A DNA stretch of 64,000 nucleotides, taken from positions 23,476 through 87,475 of IMG/VR virus record IMGVR_UViG_3300046373_000172; one strand, written 5' to 3'. Shown piece by piece: positions 56,314 through 64,000 of this stretch; the first letter of the stretch is position 1, and the number at the start of each line of letters is the position of its first letter. Below the pieces are notes generated by a model. It was given only the letters and a program-made list of their open reading frames with translations. It had not been told where the DNA came from and did not search any database. The position numbers and the translations under genes were made by a program. The stretch comes from a virus.

Positions 56314-57144
56314 ATGATCCAAAATCCTGCCATCGGCCAGGCCTCCGGCATGTTCACCATCATCGGCAACGCCCCTAGTCAGAGCGGCCACCGCTACTGG
56401 GTGGTGAGGTGCCACTGTGGCGCCGAGCACGTCGCACGCGGCGCTCACCTCAAGGTCGGCCGCATGCCCAAGTGTGACCACGCACAGGGCAAGATGACCC
56501 TGATAGACAGGGAAATCAGCAAGCAAGCCCAGAACCTGCCACCCGAGGGCTTGGGCAAGTTCGTCCAGGGCCAGTCCAACGAGATCCAGGACCTGAGAGA
56601 CACCGTCGAACTGTTCGACGGGCGCATCAGCGCCGCAGTGCGCCTGGCCAGCCACACCGCCGACAGCCTGAAGGACGTGCAACGCTTGGACATCGCCGAC
56701 ATCCGGGACCAGCTCCGGGAACTCAAAGCCTACGTCATGCGCATGCCCGAGCCGCCCGAAGCCCCTCCCACGCCCGAGGTGGACGAGCACGGCCGGACTT
56801 GGGTCGACACCGACCGCAACGCCGAGACCGACCCGAAGACGCACCAGCGCAATCCCTTCCACTTCGACAACCTGTTCCGGGACTTCCCTAAGGAGACCTG
56901 GCCAGAGCGCCGCAAGGCCAACTTGGAAGAGGCCCACCGCCTGCTGGCCCTGCCGTACAACTTTCGCACGCTGGAACAGATGGAAGAGTGCCTGTCGCGC
57001 TTCACGGTCGAGTACCGCCTGCTGGTCAAGCAGAGCCTGCAAACGACCCATGACCCTGTGCTGAGCCAGCAGCTCAGCGACTTGAACCTGTTGATGCGCC
57101 GGCAGGTGAATCCGTTCGCCTGGAACCGTAAACCCGAGGAGTAA
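56314..57144 (+). CDS. hypothetical protein with N-terminal zinc ribbon
   Basis: AAGGA RBS; YWVVRCHCG...HLKVG..PKC. Confidence 0.7.
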   Translation: MIQNPAIGQASGMFTIIGNAPSQSGHRYWVVRCHCGAEHVARGAHLKVGRMPKCDHAQGKMTLIDREISKQAQNLPPEGLGKFVQGQSNEIQDLRDTVELFDGRISAAVRLASHTADSLKDVQRLDIADIRDQLRELKAYVMRMPEPPEAPPTPEVDEHGRTWVDTDRNAETDPKTHQRNPFHFDNLFRDFPKETWPERRKANLEEAHRLLALPYNFRTLEQMEECLSRFTVEYRLLVKQSLQTTHDPVLSQQLSDLNLLMRRQVNPFAWNRKPEE

Positions 57145-57147
57145 CCC

Positions 57148-57309
57148 ATGCTTGCCCTGAAGATCCAACAGTACCTCGCCACCCTGGACGACGAAGTCGT
57201 CCGGGACGACCAGATGACCGAACGCCAGGCCGCAGAAGCCCTGCTGAAAGACTTCAGCCAATTCCTGCAACCCAGCCCAACCACAACCCTCCAACCACAG
57301 GATTGCTAA
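57148..57309 (+). CDS. small hypothetical protein (53 aa, not in ORF track)
   Basis: GAGGAG RBS; MLALKIQQYL. Confidence 0.55.
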   Translation: MLALKIQQYLATLDDEVVRDDQMTERQAAEALLKDFSQFLQPSPTTTLQPQDC

Positions 57310-57310
57310 C

Positions 57311-57679
57311 ATGCCCACCATCCGAGAAAACCTGATCCAGGCCATCGCCGCCGTCAAGGCCCGCCCTGAACACCTCTTCGACCTCGACAAGTACATACAA
57401 GAGCGAGAGTGCGGCACCCTCTTCTGCACCGCGGGTCTGCTCTGCCACACGCCACACTTCCAAGGGATGGGCTGGCACATGGAGGGGTCCTATCCTGCGG
57501 TTTCTGACACTGGAAGCTTCGACGAGCAGGCAGAGATCGCTTTGGGCGAGCACACCTACGGCCGCCTCTTCTGTCAGCGTGGCGGCGGTTACTGGGACGG
57601 CGAGTTGCTCGAACCAGGCATGACCGACAAAGACCTGGCGCTGGCCCGCCTGCACCGACAACTGGAGGAGTACGCATGA
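57311..57679 (+). CDS. paralog family A, copy 1
   Basis: ECGTLFCTAG...DKDLALARL. Confidence 0.8.
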   Translation: MPTIRENLIQAIAAVKARPEHLFDLDKYIQERECGTLFCTAGLLCHTPHFQGMGWHMEGSYPAVSDTGSFDEQAEIALGEHTYGRLFCQRGGGYWDGELLEPGMTDKDLALARLHRQLEEYA

Positions 57680-58059
57680 GCATCCTGAATAACCTCGACA
57701 TCGCCATCCAGGCCGTCACCGACCAACCCGAAAAGCTGTTCGACTTGGCCTCCTACATCTGCAAGACCGAGTGCGGCACGCTGTACTGCACCGCCGGCGT
57801 GCTGGCGCAGCACCCGCACTTCCAGGCCTTGGGCTGGACGCTGGCCTGCGGCTTGGTCGGGATCCGGAGCACCCAAGGCACGCTCAGCCTCCAGCAAGGC
57901 GCAGACAGCCACCTCGGCGAAGACGCCTGGAATCGCCTGCTGGCGCCGCGCGGAGAAGGCGTCTGGGACCAGATCTACATGACCAAGCCCATCTCCGACA
58001 AAGGCCTCGCGCTGGCCCGCCTGAAGGCCCAGGGCGCCATCTACGCCCGCAATCCATGA
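57676..58059 (+). CDS. paralog family A, copy 2
   Basis: ECGTLYCTAG...DKGLALARL. Confidence 0.8.
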   Translation: MSILNNLDIAIQAVTDQPEKLFDLASYICKTECGTLYCTAGVLAQHPHFQALGWTLACGLVGIRSTQGTLSLQQGADSHLGEDAWNRLLAPRGEGVWDQIYMTKPISDKGLALARLKAQGAIYARNP

Positions 58060-58292
58060 CGCCCTACGCCCTGCCGGTGCAAGTCGTCGGTAACTACCTC
58101 CTCGACGCCTGCGGTCAGGAAATGGCGCACCTGCTTGACGCCAGCGAAGAACAAAAGGCCTTCCTCGTCAAGTGCATCAACGACCACCACACCCTCATCC
58201 AGGCCCTGAAACAGGCCACCCACTTGGCCCACAGCCAGCAAAACGCCGATCTGTTCAAGATCGTCACCCGAACCTTGGAGAAGACGAAATGA
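58056..58292 (+). CDS. hypothetical protein (family D)
   Basis: ATGA coupling; LPV...DACG...FLVKCINDH..L..AL. Confidence 0.7.
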   Translation: MTPYALPVQVVGNYLLDACGQEMAHLLDASEEQKAFLVKCINDHHTLIQALKQATHLAHSQQNADLFKIVTRTLEKTK

Positions 58293-58672
58293 CACCACGA
58301 GAAAATATCCAACTGCTCATCAGCCTGATCGAGCAGGAGCCTGGATCCCAGATCAATCTGAACAAGTTCAACAGCGACTGCGGCACGATTCACTGCAACC
58401 TTGGGCTGGCCGGCACGCATGAACACTTCAAGGCGCAGGGCCTGGTGATGGGCTGGCACGGCAAAAAGCCTCGCCAAGTCCTCGTCCTCACTCTGAACGG
58501 CAGCAGCCCAATAAACGAGACTGAAACGCTCAACGCGATGTTCGGCCCGCAGTCCTGGGAGCGCTGCTTTGCGCCGGCTGGCTTGGGCCTGTGGGACATC
58601 GACCTGCTGCTCGGATCGCACAAAGACCTGGCGCTGGCCAGACTCAACAAACAACTGGAGCAACTGCCATGA
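58289..58672 (+). CDS. paralog family A, copy 3
   Basis: DCGTIHCNLG...HKDLALARL. Confidence 0.8.
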   Translation: MTPRENIQLLISLIEQEPGSQINLNKFNSDCGTIHCNLGLAGTHEHFKAQGLVMGWHGKKPRQVLVLTLNGSSPINETETLNAMFGPQSWERCFAPAGLGLWDIDLLLGSHKDLALARLNKQLEQLP

Positions 58673-59058
58673 CCCTGCAAGAAATCTTCGACAAAGTCAG
58701 TGCCCACCTGCTGACCCAGAACGCCAAGTCTATGGACGACGGCATCTGCTCTTACCGCGGCCAAAACGGCCGGATGTGCGCAGCTGGCCGTCTCATCAAA
58801 GACGAGTTTTACGCTAGCGCTTTCGAGGGCCGCACTTCAAGGAGCAAAGCCGTCGTGAAAGCCTTGGTCGCCTCGGGCGTGTTCGACTGGAGTGAGGTTT
58901 CCCTGGTCCGGCCAGACTCGGAGAACTTCGAAGGCCACAAGCTCGACCTGGTGTGCTCGTTGCAGATTCTCCACGATGACGATCGTCCGGCCTACTGGCC
59001 TAGCCGGCTGCGTGTCCTGGCACGGCGTTACGACCTCACCTTCAAGGAGCCAAAATGA
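58669..59058 (+). CDS. phage hypothetical protein
   Basis: QEIFDKV..HL..Q...CSYRG..G.MCAAG...LQ.LHD. Confidence 0.75.
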   Translation: MTLQEIFDKVSAHLLTQNAKSMDDGICSYRGQNGRMCAAGRLIKDEFYASAFEGRTSRSKAVVKALVASGVFDWSEVSLVRPDSENFEGHKLDLVCSLQILHDDDRPAYWPSRLRVLARRYDLTFKEPK

Positions 59059-59306
59059 GCCTTTTCGAAATCGTCGAATCCGACATCGCCGTCCTGCACG
59101 GCGACCAAGGCTGGGTCAACGTCGGCGCCCACGCCATCAGAATCACCAACCACGGCGGCAACCTGCAAGTCGAGGCCTTCGCCAACACCAACGAGGACGA
59201 CGCGCTGGCTTGGCTGCGCGTGAACAAGGAGACGGCCGTCAACGCCGGCGGGCAAGGGCCGGACGAGCTTGGGCAGGCCTTCGAGGAGACCTTCCATGCA
59301 TCCTGA
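59055..59306 (+). CDS. hypothetical protein
   Basis: AAGGAG RBS. Confidence 0.7.
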   Translation: MSLFEIVESDIAVLHGDQGWVNVGAHAIRITNHGGNLQVEAFANTNEDDALAWLRVNKETAVNAGGQGPDELGQAFEETFHAS

Positions 59307-59610
59307 CACCGCCAAAGTGCTGCGACAGGCTATTCAGGCCCTGGGCGGAGTCCAGTACACCTGCTTGGCCATCTGCGACGCGGTGCCGGAAGACTTGGAG
59401 AGCGCCGAGGACTTGAAGGACGACGCCATCTGGCTGTACCGCACAATCGCTTTGGCCGGCCCCGACAACAGCGCAGCAGACGGCTTCGACGGTACAAGCA
59501 AGCCCTGTTGGTGGAACAAGGAGTCACCCTTCAAAGAGGAACGCACAGCCATGCTCGAACTTGCAGCGCTGTCGGCCGAGCGCGTACTGGAGATCGAAAA
59601 TGCATCCTGA
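59296..59610 (+). CDS. paralog family B, copy 1
   Basis: MHPDTAKVLR..YTCLAI..WWN..ER..ML.LAALSAER. Confidence 0.8.
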   Translation: MHPDTAKVLRQAIQALGGVQYTCLAICDAVPEDLESAEDLKDDAIWLYRTIALAGPDNSAADGFDGTSKPCWWNKESPFKEERTAMLELAALSAERVLEIENAS

Positions 59611-60271
59611 CACCGCCAAGATCCTGCGCCGGGCGGTCCACTACCTGCCCATCACCACGTACAGCTGCCTGGCCATTAACCGAGCGGTCCAAGAGCGGAA
59701 GGATCTGTACACAGGGTGTGAGCGCTTCGACCTGCGCAGTGACGCCGGCCAACTCTACGGCCAAATCAGCTTTGCCCTGGGAGACGATCCCGACAACTGG
59801 GAGGCGAACGAGTGCCACCCGCCGCCCTGGTGGAATAGCCCGGACCCACACCTGCAAGAGCGCACCGACATGCTCACCTTAGCCGCCCTTTCCGCTGAAC
59901 GCATCCTGGAGGCCGAAATGGCACTGCGCGCTGAAAAGCTGGCCATCCTGAAGAGGGCCTATAAGGTCCTGGGGACCAACAACCTTGGGCTGTGCTACGC
60001 CATTGAGTATGCTGCGCTCCCTGGCTCCTTCGAGTCCAAGGAGCGCAGGGCCATGCGCTACCTGCTTGGCTACGTCAAGCGAAGCCTGAAAGGCTACTCC
60101 TGGTTACAGGGTTGGCTGGAGGGTCAAGACATCGTGGTGTTTCCCAGGGATTCCCGAGGCCGTCTTACCTACGGCCCTGTACAACACGCACGCCTCCTGG
60201 CTACCCGAAAGGCATGGTGTCAGTGGCTCGCCAACTGCTACGAAGAAGACCTCCAGAAAGGATTGACATGA
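59600..60271 (+). CDS. family B + family C two-domain fusion
   Basis: MHPDTAKILR..YSCLAI..WWN..LAALSAER, then GLCYAI...RKAW. Confidence 0.75.
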   Translation: MHPDTAKILRRAVHYLPITTYSCLAINRAVQERKDLYTGCERFDLRSDAGQLYGQISFALGDDPDNWEANECHPPPWWNSPDPHLQERTDMLTLAALSAERILEAEMALRAEKLAILKRAYKVLGTNNLGLCYAIEYAALPGSFESKERRAMRYLLGYVKRSLKGYSWLQGWLEGQDIVVFPRDSRGRLTYGPVQHARLLATRKAWCQWLANCYEEDLQKGLT

Positions 60272-60621
60272 CCATCCAAGACAACCTCAAGACCCTCATC
60301 GACTTGGTCGAGAACGAACCTGAACACCTGATCGATCTGGCCTTTTACGAGTGCGGCAGCGCCTGCGGCACCCTGCACTGCACGCTTGGGCTGGCCGCCG
60401 CGTCGGGCAAGTTCCCTTTCGGCGTCAAAGACGGGACGCTCACGAGCGTCCTCGGAGACGACTTCAGCACCAAGAGCCTGGACCCACTCTTTGGCCCGAA
60501 AGCCTACAGCAACCTGTTCGCCACAGCCGGAGTTGGGCTCAGGGATAAAAAATTCCCATACATTGGCGACAAAGCCTTGGCCCTCGCCCGCCTGCGCGCC
60601 CAGCTGGAGTCCCTGTCATGA
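60268..60621 (+). CDS. paralog family A, copy 4
   Basis: ACGTLHCTLG...DKALALARL. Confidence 0.8.
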   Translation: MTIQDNLKTLIDLVENEPEHLIDLAFYECGSACGTLHCTLGLAAASGKFPFGVKDGTLTSVLGDDFSTKSLDPLFGPKAYSNLFATAGVGLRDKKFPYIGDKALALARLRAQLESLS

Positions 60622-60986
60622 ACCCGCCAAGACTCAACATCGACAATCTCCTGTACGGAGACCAGCCTGTGCCAGCCAGAAACGCCTTGGAGCGCAAGGT
60701 CGTCTGGAACCTGCTCACCTACCTGCAAACGGCTGGCTTCCACGTTCAAGCTGTCAACGACGGCGAGAACATCGACAAGGTCGCCACGCCGCAAGAGGCC
60801 ATGGAGCTGGTCTTCAACCTGGACGATTGCGTCGTCTACATGCACAAGCCCGGCTACGGCAGTCACGGCGTCCAGATCGTGCTTGGGAACGGCGTCGACG
60901 TCATCAGCGACCACAGCTATTTCGAAGACGACCGGGACGGCTTCCGCCAGGTGATGGACGACTTCGACGCGGAGGACTTGGGATGA
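60618..60986 (+). CDS. hypothetical protein
   Basis: GGAG RBS; ATGA coupling. Confidence 0.75.
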   Translation: MNPPRLNIDNLLYGDQPVPARNALERKVVWNLLTYLQTAGFHVQAVNDGENIDKVATPQEAMELVFNLDDCVVYMHKPGYGSHGVQIVLGNGVDVISDHSYFEDDRDGFRQVMDDFDAEDLG

Positions 60987-61234
60987 ACCTGCCAGAAACG
61001 ATCAGCGCCATGCGAGAGATGGCCTCCAGCCCGGTCTACGCCTTCCGCCAGCCGGCGCTCACGTCCGCCGCCTTCTACCTGAACGCCCAGCGGATCGAAA
61101 ACGACGCCTTGCGCCGCAAGGTCGAGGTGTTGAGCGCCATCGTCAGCCGTCGGCGGCCAGCGCCGCTCGACATCACGCCTGAAGAATTCGAAGCCCTCCT
61201 CGAAATCGGCGTCATCCAAAGGAGCAACACATGA
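60983..61234 (+). CDS. hypothetical protein
   Basis: GGAGG RBS; MNLPETIS. Confidence 0.7.
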   Translation: MNLPETISAMREMASSPVYAFRQPALTSAAFYLNAQRIENDALRRKVEVLSAIVSRRRPAPLDITPEEFEALLEIGVIQRSNT

Positions 61235-61581
61235 CCAAGATCGCACTGCTCCAGGCAGCCAGGCTCTACCTGACGACCCACGAGGCTCACAGGTGGCGCG
61301 GCCTGTGCATTGCCTTGGGCGAGTCCGCCTATGCCGACCACCCCGACGACTACGACCTGCAAGCCTTGTGCGACGAGGTGCAGCAGCAGATCACCGACGC
61401 GCTGGAAGACCTGGGTGGCTACGGCTACGGCTACCTGGGTAAGTACTTGGATAACCTCTGGGGTCATGAGGTGACCCCAGAAGCGCTGCTGCAAGCCCGC
61501 CTGCTTTGGCTGGACAGAATCATTCTGGCCGAGACCATGGGCGAGCCCTTCCCACTGCCACCTATTCCGGAGCCAACATGA
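61231..61581 (+). CDS. paralog family C
   Basis: GLCIAL...RLLWLD...GEPFPLPP. Confidence 0.75.
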   Translation: MTKIALLQAARLYLTTHEAHRWRGLCIALGESAYADHPDDYDLQALCDEVQQQITDALEDLGGYGYGYLGKYLDNLWGHEVTPEALLQARLLWLDRIILAETMGEPFPLPPIPEPT

Positions 61582-61916
61582 ACCACCTCCACACCCTGCT
61601 CGTTCGCACCCGCGAAATCTTCTCCTACAGGGACCAAGGCTACTATGAGGGCATCTGCCTCGCGGCGGAGATCGCCCGTGTAGAACTTGGCTATGGCCAG
61701 AACAACCTGCAAGGTTACCGGGCCTACGAAGGCCTGGACTTCCATATCGCCCAAGCCCTGGGCGCCCAAGAGTACTACCCTCAGTGGCTGCGCCGGCAAC
61801 TCGACCGGCCTGTGACTGATGAGGAAGCGTACCGAGGCCGCCTTGCCTGGCTGGACGCGATGACCATTGCCGCTGAAAAGGGCGAACCCCTACCACCGCC
61901 TGCTTTACCGAAGTAA
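61578..61916 (+). CDS. paralog family C
   Basis: GICLAA...RLAWLD...GEPLPPP. Confidence 0.75.
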   Translation: MNHLHTLLVRTREIFSYRDQGYYEGICLAAEIARVELGYGQNNLQGYRAYEGLDFHIAQALGAQEYYPQWLRRQLDRPVTDEEAYRGRLAWLDAMTIAAEKGEPLPPPALPK

Positions 61917-61937
61917 TCCACCATCCAGGACCCCAAC

Positions 61938-62162
61938 ATGACCACGCCCATCACCAAAGAGCAGCAAGCCTCCATCGAAGCAGGATGGCGCAGCCGCGCC
62001 GCCACGCAAGGCTACAACCCTCGGCACATGGAATACAAGCGCGCCGAACTCGAATACTTTATGGGCGCCATGCAGGCGCTCGACTCCTTGGGCCTGTCCG
62101 GGCCGCCGATCTGGATCTTCAATGTGGTTGGCGGCAGGCCTATTGTGGAGGAGATCAAGTGA
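61938..62162 (+). CDS. hypothetical protein
   Basis: AGGA RBS; ELEYFMGAM. Confidence 0.7.
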   Translation: MTTPITKEQQASIEAGWRSRAATQGYNPRHMEYKRAELEYFMGAMQALDSLGLSGPPIWIFNVVGGRPIVEEIK

Positions 62163-62713
62163 GCTATCCACCCCTGCCCGACGCCATCGCCCACGACACC
62201 ATCAACGGCAAAGTCGTCCGCCAATACTTCGACGCCGACCAGATGAAAGCTTACTTCGATCTTGGGGTCAAGGAAGGGCAGTTCGAGCGCTTGATAGACG
62301 AAGTTGTGCGCGAATCCAAGATGGCCGAGGCCCTAAAGATCCTGGGCGAGTATTTCCGCCAGATCGAGGACAACGCGCAGCAATTAGGCGTGGAAGACGT
62401 TCGCACAAGGGCCAAGCATATGGCTGACTTGGTCGACCGCGTGCTGGCCGAGACCAAGACGCCCACGACGCCCACGACGCCCACCCCACCCCTCGAACCT
62501 GTCGACGGCGACCTCTTGCCGCCCATCGGTAGCCGGGTGCGCATCCACCTGAACAGCCAAGACGCCTGGGTCGAGCACACCGTGGTCGGCTACTACGTCT
62601 GGGGCGCAAAGATCCAGTTCCACCACCGCGTCTTCGTGCGGGTGGTGGACGACCAAGGCTATCTCAACGCCCGCCTGCTGTGTGACGTCCGGCCTGTCAA
62701 GGCTTCAACGTGA
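62159..62713 (+). CDS. multi-domain hypothetical protein
   Basis: GTGA coupling after GGAGGAG; TPT linker. Confidence 0.65.
   Translation: MSYPPLPDAIAHDTINGKVVRQYFDADQMKAYFDLGVKEGQFERLIDEVVRESKMAEALKILGEYFRQIEDNAQQLGVEDVRTRAKHMADLVDRVLAETKTPTTPTTPTPPLEPVDGDLLPPIGSRVRIHLNSQDAWVEHTVVGYYVWGAKIQFHHRVFVRVVDDQGYLNARLLCDVRPVKAST
62458..62484 (+). repeat. 9-bp tandem repeat x3 encoding a Thr-Pro-Thr linker
   Basis: GACGCCCAC x3. Confidence 0.8.
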
Positions 62714-62763
62714 TCCCGCCGCGCTTACCCGACCCACCGCACAAACCCACCCAAGGACCCAAT

Positions 62764-63495
62764 ATGAACGACTACGTAGAATTTGACCTGGCCGCCGCCA
62801 AGGCCGGCGCCCCGTACAGCTGCCGCAACGGAGATGAGGCGACCGTGCTGAACTGGGGAAGCCGCGCGCCGGTGTACTCCCTGCCCGGCGTGCGCACGGC
62901 CAAGGACATCACTACGGCGTGGATGGCTGACGGGTCTTACAGCAAGGAAGACAAGCACCACCTGTACGACCTAGTCATGCGTCCCCTCGGCACGATCGAC
63001 GGCAAGCCGGTGTTCGTCGGCGACCGTCTGGTTGACATGGTGGGCCAGGAGTTCACCGTGACGCCGTCGCACAAGGCTCTGACCAGGTACACCTGGCCAG
63101 AGCCTCCTCGGGAGTACCCGAAAAGCCAGATCGACTTCACCGGGTTCTGCCAGGCTATGAGGGAAGCCGGTTTCGAGACGGCCGCCAGCGTGAGCCGCAC
63201 AGGTAACCTGAGCCTCACGCTCAACAGCGTTGAAAGCCTGAACAGCCTGTCCCAGTGCCTGGTCAACGCCATCATCAAGTTCGCCATCGACGCCGAGATC
63301 GTCGTGCCGACGGAGGACGTGCGCAAGCGGCACGACCTGGCCAAAGAAGTGCTGTTGCGTGGCCAAGCCGCCCGTGACCTGGCCGTCGCCGAGGCTGTCG
63401 CCAAGGCCACATTTAACGCGGCGAACATGGAGCGCCGTGCCTACTCCGACCTGGGCCTCAACCTCCCAGCCATCATCGCCAAGGTGCCGACATGA
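62764..63495 (+). CDS. hypothetical protein
   Basis: AAGGA RBS; FDLAAAKAGAP..CRNG...DLVM N-terminal module common in phages. Confidence 0.75.
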   Translation: MNDYVEFDLAAAKAGAPYSCRNGDEATVLNWGSRAPVYSLPGVRTAKDITTAWMADGSYSKEDKHHLYDLVMRPLGTIDGKPVFVGDRLVDMVGQEFTVTPSHKALTRYTWPEPPREYPKSQIDFTGFCQAMREAGFETAASVSRTGNLSLTLNSVESLNSLSQCLVNAIIKFAIDAEIVVPTEDVRKRHDLAKEVLLRGQAARDLAVAEAVAKATFNAANMERRAYSDLGLNLPAIIAKVPT

Positions 63496-63774
63496 TCTGC
63501 CCCCTTCCCACTGCCGGTCCGGCTGAAGTTAGTGACCGTCCGGGACGCGGCCGGCGAGCAGCTGTACCACCGCAACGACTACGGCTCAGAAGGGCGTGAC
63601 GAATTCATCGTCCACGCCGTCAACAACCACGCCAAACTGCGCGATGCGCTCCAGGCGATCGTCGACGCCAACGACGAGGTCCTGACCGGCCCTGAAGACC
63701 AGATTATGACGGCCGTGCTGAACCGGGCGAAGGCGTTCGAGCAGGCCAAACAAATGTTGAAGGAAACCCCGTAA
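63492..63774 (+). pseudogene. family D paralog with +1 frameshift near the start
   Basis: ATG 63492 is out of frame with FPLPVRLK...FIVHAVNNH; C5 run at 63500-63504. Confidence 0.55.
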
Positions 63775-64000
63775 TGAACACCATGCAAGCTTTTCTCATG
63801 GGCGTAGCCCACCGCGACAGCCCGATGAAGGTTTTCGATTGGTGCAAGGCCGCCACCGTCATTGCCGAGCGCCACCCTAGTTATGCCAGCGCCGGCCTGG
63901 AGGGTGACCTGGAATACACGGAAGGGTGCATCTGGAAGACGAACTGCGTGCCGGAGCGTGGCGATAGCTACTTGGCCTCCGTCTGGGCCACGCCACTGTT
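63774..64000 (+). CDS. phage hypothetical protein (truncated by window edge)
   Basis: AAGGAAA RBS; MNTMQAF..G...KVFDW.KAA...ASAGL. Confidence 0.7.
   Translation, partial: MNTMQAFLMGVAHRDSPMKVFDWCKAATVIAERHPSYASAGLEGDLEYTEGCIWKTNCVPERGDSYLASVWATPL

Overview
This window is most of a GC-rich tailed dsDNA phage genome with siphovirus-type morphogenesis genes; I see no bacterial housekeeping genes, integrase, tRNA, rRNA or CRISPR. It has three blocks. (1) 1-21.9 kb, + strand, replication and nucleotide metabolism: SNF2 helicase, primase-helicase with a mini-intein, DEDDh exonuclease, MazG-like protein, dNMP kinase, DksA/TraR, full-length Pol A, ATP ligase, ThyX, RecU-like resolvase, SbcD/SbcC. 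(2) 21.9-50.8 kb, - strand, late genes: terminases, portal, S49 protease/scaffold, capsid, neck, tail tube, frameshifting tail chaperone, 2823-aa tape measure, tail tip/fibre, holins, GH19 endolysin and nested Rz/Rz1, interrupted by two free-standing endonuclease genes. (3) 50.8-64 kb, control region and early genes. The most unusual signals are in block 3: two perfect DnaA boxes beside two perfect chromosomal-type parS palindromes (50.9-51.2 kb); an ~870-nt non-coding stretch with many nested helices, a candidate large structured RNA (52.3-53.2 kb); and tandem paralog families among the early genes. All product calls come from reading motifs and gene order, with no database search.
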